Assembly (NCBI RefSeq): GCF_004010195.1
Contig: NC_057728.1
Coordinates: 47,900,718 to 47,964,717, forward strand
DNA: 64,000 nt
Source: Chiloscyllium plagiosum
Taxonomy: Eukaryota
Direction: 5' to 3'
In this document: positions 12,901-24,900 of the stretch, piece after piece
Numbering within the stretch: the first letter of the stretch is position 1
Layout: each line of letters begins with the position of its first letter
The notes under the pieces: model-generated
Databases searched by the model: none
Seen by the model: the letters and a program-made list of their open reading frames with translations, nothing else
What the model was told of the DNA's origin: nothing
Position numbers and translations under genes: made by a program

Positions 12901-15900
12901 AACAACCTCACTGAACAGGATGATTAGAAAATATTCTGTGTTATAATCTCAGCTACATACAGGCTACATATACATATCATGCAATTGAACAGGCAAATAT
13001 TCACCTATAATATTGCAATCTGCATAAAGAACTATAACTCTTAAGGAGAATTAGACTCCCAGCTAATAACGGAAAGAATGACAGGTCCGAATTTCATATT
13101 TTAAAACATACCAAACAAGTGAAAAATTTACCGTGTACTATTTCATTTTGTGGGCAACTTTTATACTTTAAACAAGAAAAATTTATCAGTGCTTGAATTT
13201 ACTTTAGCAAATGATCCTAATGGACTCAAGTAACTGTGTTTTGCCAGGTAATAATTTGCCAGTCTCTTTCCTCTGTTCTTTCGAGTATTACTTAGCTTCA
13301 CCACTAACAGTAAAACCTGTTCCAATGATTCTTCTTTCCCTGGCCTTACCAAAATCTATACAAGACTCCAGGATGTGACTCGTTTTGACTACAGATGGTC
13401 TCTCTTCCATGTCTGGCTGTGGTGACTCTCAATGTTGAGTGATCTCATCTCTCGTGCTGCACAGAACTGCAGACTGTAATATTCATTGGATTACAGGCAC
13501 AAAAATCAATCTCAAAAATGACTTCATCTGCCCTTTTTTCCCATAACAACACAAAGCATATTAACCATGCTTCAAAATAGATGTGCTAACTAATTACTCT
13601 TGACCACATATCCCTTTCATTTGAGCAGTAAATTGATAATTTATGACATAACTGCAAATCACGAACATCTACAACAGCTTTCTGTGATTTGGAGACTCGG
13701 AATCCATTAATTTGTTTATCCAGGCTTTCTGTTGTCCAGAATGCAGGACAGGTCACATGAACCCCATTTATCATAAAGTTAAAGCTGTAATTCCAAAATA
13801 TAATAAGCTTATAAAACTCATAATTGGGGCTATTATGGTGCAATGGTAGTGTCCCTTCCTCTAAGCCAGAATGTAAGGGTTCAAGTATCATCTGCTCCAG
13901 GGGTGTGTTATAACCTGTCTGATTTAAAATATCTATAAGCTCATAATTATAACATCATGTAACAATTGTATGAAAGTTGATCCTATGACTACTTTGTCTA
14001 AAGGTCACAACATTTTCTGTTTGCCATCTGCTCACTACTGAAGTCAAACTTGACATCATGCAAAATATACATTCATAACTCACAGAATAGGACAGCATTG
14101 AGAGAAGCTATTCAGTTCCATGTGGCCTTGAGTATCAACACATGCTGTAAAAGTTACCACCTCTCTGGTATGCACTTGGTTCCTGCCAATCCCATCGTTT
14201 AATTTGGAAACATGGTATCATGAAGGAACAGTAGATACACAGCCTAGATTGAATTTAAGATTATTGACGTTGCAGACAACTAATTGTTAGTAGTTAGGAC
14301 TTTCAGGATTTCAGACAAAAATAAGAGATTTGGGAGGAAACTCTGCATACATTGTGGGGAGATGCAGATTAAATGACATGGTGGAAAATCTGGCATGTGG
14401 CTGCCCTGGAGTAAAGCACAATGAAAATCCCAGAAAGAACTCTGGTTCTCGTGGCTCCATCTGAGTTTTTGCCCATTTTCACAGATTAAGCGGCACTTCC
14501 CAGTAGATAATAGGCCTATCATGTTTCATGCTTCTGAACAGTTGTGTGGCATCAAAGACAAATAACTATATTCTGTCAACATTTGTATGGAATGCTCTAG
14601 ATAAGCAGCCATGACCTTCTAAGATGGATGTCCTGACAAAGAAAGCATTTCATTGAAAGTAATCTTCACGAGATTCCAAGATTTCAAGTAATGGGGCCAT
14701 ACATATTTCCATTGGCAGCTTGTTCCATTGTAGGATTGTCCTCGTGAGGAAAGCTTGTTGATATACTCTCTTGGTTTGTATGGATGGTTACCTTTTATGT
14801 TGTTAGAGCATATTGTATGTGTCAAGCTCCCACCTGCTCATTCAGTTTCACAGAACATGGCTAGTCTATTTTTTTCCCCACCCACTCCAAATCTTTGATC
14901 AAGGATACAACAACAGTCTTTTTCCCATGCTTTTTTTTTGCATATTTCTGCAGCATGTTTTTGGATCATTTCAAACTTGAATGCTCCTTATATAAGGTTG
15001 CCACACACAATGTCCATACTCGAGGATAGTATGAAACAAAGAACCACGGATTCTTGAGATCTGAAATAAAAATATGAAATTGCTGGTGAAACTCAGCAAG
15101 TCTGATTGCATCTGTGGAGAGAAAACAGTTAACATTTTAAATCTAGTCCTGAAGAAGTGTCAGTGGACTCTTGGTCCATACTCCAGAGATGGATGAACAA
15201 ATATTTGTAAGCTTTAACTCTGCTCAAACCCTGTTTTGCTTTGGATATTATCAGCTGAATGTAGAATCCCTATTGAAATTGTTTATAATATAACCCCTAA
15301 ATAAGACGGTAGATTAATTTGTCGGAGAATTTGATTGCAGAAGTGAAAGCTATTTAGCTATTTAGAATACACATGACATAGCTTTTTTTTTCTCATCGAA
15401 TGCCACCTTCTGTTAGTCCTGAAAATTTTTGCAGTTCTGGAAGATTATCTTGCCATGAATTGTTATGACTTGAGCTTTGCCTGATGCATCTCCAAATAGT
15501 CACACCTTGTCTTTTATCTTGTTGGGGATGTTGTTTAGATTTGTCAAGAAGGGCAAAAATGCTAACACGATTCCTTGGGACACTGCAGCATCTCTCGGAG
15601 AGGGTGATTTCCCCATCGCTGATCATTGTTTGTCTTCTGTTGATAAGGAAGAGCCAGATCTAATTAATTTTGTCTCCTGATTTCATGAGTGGAGTTTGAA
15701 TAAAAGATTTTCAAAAGCTTTTGCGAAATCTAGTATTACCGTGCAAACGTTTTCGTCTTGAAGCAAGATCATTGACATTCTGTAAAAGTTGTGTTGCAAT
15801 TTATCATTTTGCCTGAAAGCCATGCTGAGCAGCTACTATAGAATGAGCTTCATGACATAATATGTTCAAGCAATTTGAACATTAGGTGAGGGATACCAGC

Positions 15901-18900
15901 CTATAGTTTTCTGGCTGACATTTTTGAAAATTAAGGAGAACACAGATACCTTTGATCAAGTCATGCAGCACAGAAATAGGCCCTCTGGATCAGCTCTTGC
16001 ATGCTGACCAGGCAAGATTTGCGTGTTTTTGGCCCTTATCCCTCAAAACCTTTCCTGTTGATGTACCTGTTCAAATGTCTTTTAGATGTTGTAATTGTAC
16101 CTGCCTCTACCACTTCCTCTGGCAGCCTGTTCCATGTACACACCACCCTCTGTGTGGAAAGCGTTGCCCCTCATGTTACTGTCAAATCTTACTAATCTCA
16201 CCTTAAAATGATCCCCTCTCGTTTTGAACTCCCCTACCTTGGGGTAAAGGCCTTGGCTATTCACCTTATCTATGCCCCTCATGATTTTATAAACCCCTAT
16301 AAGGTCACTCTTCAGCCTCTGAAATTTTGTTCATTACTTCAATTTCAGAAAAAAAGTTCTTGAATTTACAAGAGTTCAACTTTCAACTCAAAGTCCCATT
16401 TACAAATTTGTTCTTGACACCACCATAGATCTCAAACAGTGTTGAGACAGAGTACAGGAAAGAGATAAAGAGCTTAGTGCCATGGTGTAAAGACAACAAA
16501 CTCCTGCTCAATGTCAGCAAAACAAAGGAAGCAGAGTTGAGGCCAAGCCCCTGTCTCTATCAGTGGTGTGGAGGTGGAAGTGGTCAAGTTGTAGGAGTAA
16601 ATATCACCAACAATCTACTGGCCCATGTCAACACTGCAGTCAAGAAAACAGACTAACACTCTGTCCTCAGAGGGCTAAGGAAATTTGGCATGTCCACGAT
16701 GACTCTTAGCAATTTTTAGAGATGCAGCATAGAAACATCCTATCTGAATGTATCACAGCTTGGTATGGAAACAGCTCTGACCAAGACTGTACGAAAATTG
16801 CAGAGGGTTGTGAGTGCTGCCCAGTCCATCCTTCATGGTTAGAGACAAAACCCTGCAGATGATAGAATCCAAAATAGACAGGGAGGAGGCAGGAAAAACA
16901 TAGCAAGCGAAGCAGCATCTGGGAATGAAGAAGTCGATATTTTGTGTGTAACCCTTACAATCCGAAATGTTGACTTCTCCACCTCCTGATGCTGTCGGGC
17001 TTGATGTTTTCTTCCAGTCTCCTGCCAGTCCATCATGCCCTTCTATTGCCCCTGTCTACACTTACAGCTGCCTCCAGGAAAGCAGCCAACATAATCAAAG
17101 ACCCTCCCACCCTGATCATACTTTCCACCACTATCTTCTGTCGGGCAGAAGATAGAAAAATTTGAAAACATGTACCGTCCGATTCAAGAATAGCTTCTTC
17201 CTCGCTGTTATCAGACTTATGAGCAGACCTCTCATATATTAGAGGTGATCTTTCTCTGCACTTTTTCTACGGCTGTAACATTACATTCTGGACTCTATTC
17301 TATTAACCTGACATATTTATGTAAAGTATGATTTGTTTGGGTAGCATGCAAAACAATACTTTTCACTGTTGGTACATGTGACCAGACTAAATCAAATCAA
17401 ATTCAGGAAAATCTGTTGTTAAGTTCACTAATAAACATTTACAGATTAATGAAAAACATGAATATGGAACTTTGAAATCAGAATTCATTACGGACAGAAT
17501 TGTTGTTAGAATTCTTGATGAAACTTTGCCCACTGCCGATTTTATCTTTGGAGAAAGTTATTGAAATTGTGCTGGAAGCAGAAATCAGAAGCGGCACAGT
17601 GACTAACCAAAGCCCAGCCATGACAAATGAATACTGTATTTGTAAAACTGTAGCTCACTTCCAGAAGATGTACAGAAGCAAGATACCACTACAGAACAGC
17701 AAAATGCTGGTGGTCTCAGACCGAGGTCTACATTGCAGAACACTGATGATCATTAGTGGTGCCTCAGGCAATCTTAGAGGGCTTTGCTGATCCAAACTAC
17801 CAGAAGAAACAACATTTGTCTAGGCCTATGGGGGCATCCTGTTAACTTGAACCGTGATATCAGCATGAGTATCAGATACTCACGCTGTGGGCAGCACGGT
17901 GGCACAGTGGTTAGCACTGCTGCCTCACAGCGCCTGAGACCCGGGTTCGAGACCCGGGTTCAATTCCCGCCTCAGGCGACTGACTGTGTGGAGTTTGCAC
18001 GTTCTCCCCGTGTCTGCGTGGGTTTCCTCCGGGTGCTCCGGTTTCCTCCCACAGTCCAAAAGATGTGCAGGGTCAGGTGAATTGGCCATGCTAAATTGCC
18101 CGTAGTGTTAGGTAAGAGGTAAATGTAGGGGTATGGGTGGGTTTCGCTTCGGCGGGTCGGTGTGGACTTGTTGGGCCGAAGGGCCTGTTTCCACACTGTA
18201 ATGTAATCTAATCTAATCTAATAATATAGCATGGCTGAAGAAGCAAAAGATACTGTCTACAGAGATGATTCCACATGGCACAGCTGGAATGATTGTTGAG
18301 AACATGCAATGCTACAATTGACATTGCAACATAATGAACGTGGCGATTTGAAAATGTGAATGTTGTTCCTGATCAAGAGTTGTTATTTTTGATTCTTCAC
18401 GCATATTTTGACCTCAACTTCATTCGGAAAGATGGAGAAGGCTGACAGCCTCCCAGAAGACAACTGGTACAGGAGCAAATTGGCCAACCAGTCGAGGATT
18501 TCACCTTGGCTTGTAGCAGAACCCAAACAGAAGAGAGAATCCAGGGAAGCCTTCAGAAATGAGATAACAAGAATCCAGAGAAAGTATATTCCTGTCAGGG
18601 TGAAAGGGAAGGCTGGTAGGTATAGGAATGCTGGATGACTAAAGAAATTGAGGGTTTGGTTAAGAAAAAGAAGGATGCATATGTCAGGTATAGACAGGAT
18701 AGATCGAGTGAATCCTTAGAAGAGTATAAAGCANNNNNNNNNNNNNNNNNNNNNNNNNNNNNNNNNNNNNNNNNNNNNNNNNNNNNNNNNNNNNNNNNNN
18801 NNNNNNNNNNNNNNNNNNNNNNNNNNNNNNNNNNNNNNNNNNNNNNNNNNNNNNNNNNNNNNNNNNNNNNNNNNNNNNNNNNNNNNNNNNNNNNNNNNNN

Positions 18901-21900
18901 NNNNNNNNNNNNNNNNNNNNNNNNNNNNNNNNNNNNNNNNNNNNNNNNNNNNNNNNNNNNNNNNNNNNNNNNNNNNNNNNNNNNNNNNNNNNNNNNNNNN
19001 NNNNNNNNNNNNNNNNNNNNNNNNNNNNNNNNNNNNNNNNNNNNNNNNNNNNNNNNNNNNNNNNNNNNNNNNNNNNNNNNNNNNNNNNNNNNNNNNNNNN
19101 NNNNNNNNNNNNNNNNNNNNNNNNNNNNNNNNNNNNNNNNNNNNNNNNNNNNNNNNNNNNNNNNNNNNNNNNNNNNNNNNNNNNNNNNNNNNNNNNNNNN
19201 NNNNNNNNNNNNNNNNNNNNNNNNNNNNNNNNNNNNNNNNNNNNNNNNNNNNNNNNNNNNNNNNNNNNNNNNNNNNNNNNNNNNNNNNNNNNNNNNNNNN
19301 NNNNNNNNNNNNNNNNNNNNNNNNNNNNNNNNNNNNNNNNNNNNNNNNNNNNNNNNNNNNNNNNNNNNNNNNNNNNNNNNNNNNNNNNNNNNNNNNNNNN
19401 NNNNNNNNNNNNNNNNNNNNNNNNNNNNNNNNNNNNNNNNNNNNNNNNNNNNNNNNNNNNNNNNNNNNNNNNNNNNNNNNNNNNNNNNNNNNNNNNNNNN
19501 NNNNNNNNNNNNNNNNNNNNNNNAATGGGCTGAGAAGTGGCAGATAAATGCGAGGTGTTTGGTATGCTTTCCTTTATTGGTCAGAGTATTGAGTACAGGA
19601 GTTGGAGGTCATGTTGCGGCTGTACAGGACATTGGTTAGGCCACTGTTGGCATATTGCGTGCAAATCTGGTCTCCTTCCTATTGGAAAGATGGTGTGAAA
19701 CTTGAAAGGGTTCAGAAAAGATTTATAAGGATGTTGCCAGGGTTGGAGGATTATAAGGGACATGAATAGGATAAATAGACAAAGTCTTTTCCCTGGGGTT
19801 GGGGAGTCCAGAACTAGAGGGCACAGGTTTAGGTTAAGAGGGGAAAGATATAAAAGAGACCTAAGGGGCAACTTTTTCACGCAGAGGGTGGTACGTGTAT
19901 GGAATGAGCTGCCAGAGGATGTAGTGGAGGCTGGTACAATTGCAACATTTAAGAGGCATTTGGATGGGTATATGAATAGGAAGGGTTTGGAGGGATATGG
20001 GCCGGGTGCTGGCAGGTGGGACTAGATTGGGTTGGGATATCTGGTCGGCATGGACGGGTTGGACCGAAGGGTCTGTTTCCATGCTGTACATCCCTATGAC
20101 TCTGTTAATTTACTTTGTTTGTATAAGACAGCTGTTTAATATTGTCAGTGTAAAGGCAGTCACAATCTTTCCAGAACTAGCTGAAATGTTCAATGCTCCA
20201 TCAATTAAAAATAAACAGTCAATGCCAGTGATAGAGTGCTGAGTGAAAAGCAACCTTTTTAGTAATGTGACTGAGAATCTGAAAATGTCTACTTGTTCGC
20301 CTAACAGCCACAGACTGAAAATGTCCAACTTCCTTAACAAACTGACAGATGTGAGCTGCATCTAACTTCATGTGAGCCAGACCAGTGCCCATAAAGAGAA
20401 CTTGACCAAGAAAAATAAATTGCTTGACCTGAGCAGCCATGGTTCTACAAGGAAGAATGTATTTGTTTCAAAAATGATGGACATTTGTGAGATTGCTGAC
20501 ATCTTCTTGTAGTGTCTGCCCGCTCTGTTAGTATATGACACAGAGCAAGGCTTATTTGAGGTAGTTCACTGCCATCAATTTTCCTTCTTATTTTAAATCA
20601 GTTTGTTTGGACATGTTTATAGTACATCTCCAAGGCAGGTACACTAAACAGTCTAACCTAGAGGTACCACTACCACTGCATCATGCAATCACTCCGCTGC
20701 TTTGTCTATACTGTGTCAAAAGCCTGTATTAGTACCAGTGGTGTATGACTGGTGAGTCTAAACAGTAGAGGCATTTGTCTTATTCAACAAGATGATTTAC
20801 TGCATGGCAACAAGACTATGTTAATCAGACAGGTCTTTGACACAGTACAACAGGGAGGGAGGGGGTAAGATCTTGCATGACAAGTCCCTGTAAGACAGAA
20901 TGCCCAAGTTCAAGTTCTACCTGCCACAGACGTGTGTGCAATTTGTCCAAAAAGTTTGATTGAAATGTAGACAAAGATAATTTGGTGGCAATAAACTACC
21001 TGAAACATCCCTTGCCTCATGTCACCTACTGACAGATGAGGTAAATACCATGAGGTAATCAGGACAGAAACCACTGCACTGGTTTTGAGAGTGTAGATTC
21101 ACAGGAGCTCTATTGTCTATGTCTGATGTTACAAAGTGTAAGGCAATGCTAATGATGCTAATGATGATACCTTCCCAAAACATTAATGTCCAAAAGAAGT
21201 TGTTGTCCATCTCAAAATAAAAGACAGTTGGCTGGAAAATATGGCAGAGGAATTTGAGTTTGGAATTTGAGACCGGGAGGATTACTTTAAAGAGAAGAAC
21301 TAACTTGATTGCAGCTTGTTGATGGCGATGCTGAAGTTGGATCATGAAACTCTGATTTTCAATGGTTAAATCAGCCTTGTTCAGCCATTGGACAAGTCTC
21401 TAAACAAACCCTTCAACGATGCAGGTTAGATTACAGTGTGGAAACAGGCCCTATGGCCCAACAAGTCCACACCGACCCTCTGAAGAGCAAGCCACCCAGA
21501 CCCATTCTCCTACATTTATCCTTGAATAATGCACCTAACCTTATGGGCAATTTAGCATGGCCAATTCACCTGACCTGTACATCTTTGGACTGTGGAAGGA
21601 AACCGGAGCACCCGGAGGAAACCCACGCAGACACGGGAGCATGTACAAACTCTACACAGACAGCCGCCCAAGGCTGGAATTGAACCTGGGACCCTGGTGC
21701 TGTGAGACAGCAGTGCTAACCACTGAGCCACCATGCCGCCCCAATGAAGTGGAATGATTTTGACGGTATTAGGCAAGAACTTTCAAAAGTTGATTGGGGG
21801 CAGATGTTCACAGGTAAAGGGATGGCTGGAAAATGGGAAGCCTTCAAAAATGAGATAATGAGAGTCAAGAGGCAGGGTATTCCTGTTAGGGTGAAAGGAA

Positions 21901-24900
21901 AGGCTGGTAGATGCAGGGAATGCTGGATGACAAGAGAAACTAAGGTTTTGGTTAAGAAAAAGAAAGAAGTGTATGTCAGGTATAGATAGCAGAGATCGAG
22001 TGAATCTTTAGAGAGTATAAGGGCAGTAGAAATATAGTTAAGAGGGAAATCAGGAGGGCAAAAAGGGGACATGAGTTAGCTTTGGTAAAAGGGGTTAAGG
22101 AGAAACCAAAAGGATTTTATAAATTCATTAAAGACAAAATGGCAACTAGGGTAAGAATAGGGCTCCTCAAAGATCAGCCTATGTGTGGAACCGCAGGAGA
22201 TGAGGGAGATACTAAACGAGTATTTTGCATCAGTGTTTACCGTGGAGAAGGACATGGAAGATATAGAATGTGGGGAAATAGATGGTGACATCTTTAAAAA
22301 TGTCCATATTACAGAGGAGGTGGTGTTGGATGTCTTAAAACACATAAAGGTGGATGCATCCCCAGGACCTGATCAGGTGTACCCTCGAACTCTGTGGAAG
22401 GTAGGAAGTGATTGCTAGGCCCCTTGCTGAGATATTGTATCATCGATAGTCACAGGTGAGGTTCTGGAAGACTGGGGGTTGGCTAACGTGGTGCCACTAT
22501 TTAAGAAAGGTGGTAAGGAGAAGACAGGTAACTATAGACTGGTGAGTGTGACATCAGTGGCGGGCAAGTTTAGATTACATTACATTACAGTGTGGAAACA
22601 GGCCCTTCGGCCCAACAAGTCCACACCGACCCGCCGAAGCGAAACCCACCCATACCCCTACATTTACCCCTTACCTAACACTACGGGCAATTTAGTATGG
22701 CCAATTCACCTAACCTGCACATCTTTGGACTGTGGGATCGCCTGAGGCGGGAATTGAACCCGGGTCTCAGGCGCTGTGAGGCAGCAGTGCCAACCACTGT
22801 GCTTCCGTGTTGGAGGGAATCCAGAGGGACAAGATTTAAATGTATTTGGAAAGGCAAGGACAGATTAGGGGTAGTCAACATGGGAAATTATGTCTCACTA
22901 ACACGATTGAGTTTTTTTTAAGAAGTAATGAAGAGGATTCATGAGGGCAGAGCGGTGCACGTGATCTATGTGGACTTTGGTTTGAGCATTGAGTATGAGT
23001 TGGGATGTCATGTTGCAGCTGTACAGGACATTGATTAGGCCACTTTTGGTACTGTGTGCAAATCTGGTCTCCCTCCTATCAGAAGGATGTTGTAAAACTT
23101 GAAAGGTTTCAGAAAGATTTACAAGGAATTTGCCAGGGTTGGAAGATTTGAGCTATAGGGAGAGCTGAATAGGCTGGGGCTGTTTTCCATGGAACATCGG
23201 AGGCTGAGGGTTGACCTTATAAAGGTTTATAAAATCACGAGGAGCATGGATAGAGTAAAATCGAAGGTATTTTCATTGGGAAAATCTAGAACTAGAGGGC
23301 ATAGGTTTAGCGTGAGAGGGGAAAAAATTATAATGAACCTAAGGAGCAACTTTTTCACACAGAGAGTGGTGTGTGTATGGAATGAACGGCTAGAGGAAGT
23401 GGTAGAGGCTGGTACAATTACAACATTTAAAAGGCAACTGGATGTGTATATGAATAGGAAGTGTTTAGAGGGATATGGGCCAAGAGTTGGCAAATGGGAC
23501 TAGATTAATTCAGGTTATCTGGTCGGCATGAACAAGTTGGACTAAAGGGTCTGTTTCCGTGCTGTACATCTCTCTGACTCCATGACTGGATGTTTGGAGG
23601 AGAGAAGACTATCATCAAGTGAGGCAGCATGTGGACTCTGACTTTAGTAGTCTCTTGTGAGTGGGTTGTAAAGACCTGGAATGAAGTCAGTTTGGGAATT
23701 ATTGTCAAATAATTCAAATGTAGATTTTCCAATGCACTTGACAATACAGAAGATGGCTATTTGTGGAATGATGTGGCCAATGAGATGATTGAAATTGATG
23801 TTGTTGATCAATGTTATGCAAATTCAAAATAAAATTGAAACCTGACATGATGAGGAGAGTGAATTTTTAATACATATTCACTTCAGTACTGTGAGAAAAA
23901 CTGAAATTGTATACATTGGTATATATTACATTTTTTATTAATGTACACTAATGTCTGTTTCCATTGAGGTGGTTTTGTTATTAATAGTAAAATTTCAGTA
24001 ATACAAAGTTTTTTTTTGTTTCTTTTTGAACCACTTGTAGGAATGGGCTTGGTAGGAACAGTCTCCTACCTGGCATCTCCGTGATAGCAAGATGATTGGA
24101 GAGGATAGATTTTCATTTGTGTGGAAGTTGTTCCTGTAATATTTAGCTAAAGATTTAGTCTTAAAAACTGCTTTTATTCAGGTATTGACAATAAGCAATG
24201 TCCACTGCTAGGAAATTGAAGGGTTAATTATCTCAACCTTTACAGGGAAGTGTTTATTTTAAAAATTCTGAAATTGTTGTTAAAATATGGAATACTTAAC
24301 TACCAGTAATAATTTATTTTTTTGAATACCATAATGATAAGCAAGGGACAACATTTAATATTTGGCAATGAAAGCTTCTTGATGCATTATAATTTCTATT
24401 TCTAAAATTCATTGGAGAAACTGAGAATAGGAAATACATTGGAGCATCAATATGGAACTGAATATAGTGTAAATGTTTAGACAATAGGGACCATTCTCTT
24501 CAACAATCTAAACATTTAAAATTCTAAGTTTGGGAAATCACCTCCTTTTAAATAGGAGGTCCAGGGACTATTCCTACCTGGAAACCTTTAAGCTAGGTCT
24601 TATAACTGGCATTTTTGAGCAATCATCTACACAATGCAACCAAGAGTATTGGTAACTTACTTATATTTCAATATATGAGCTTTCTTTTCTAATAAATCAT
24701 ACTGCTCCCTCAGACTTTCAATAACTGCTGGCTTCCCGCTTTTCAGGTTCATTTAGCATAATTGCTTTTCAGTTTGTACAATGTCAAAGATTTAAGTATT
24801 GCTGGTTTACTTTGCACAAAATTAATCCATGAAAAAGAAGATTAACACATTTTAATGCACATTTATTTGAAATAAATAATACTTTAAAACAATAATATCA

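Noticed and set aside
17889..17975. tRNA-like sequence with A and B boxes (also at 10533, 42913 and on the minus strand)
   Set aside because: SINE heads continuing directly into V-domain and LINE-derived tails; not tRNA genes.
18635..19639. Longest ORF in the track (334 aa)
   Set aside because: Artefact of reading through the 790-N gap; the flanks are CR1 ORF2 sequence.
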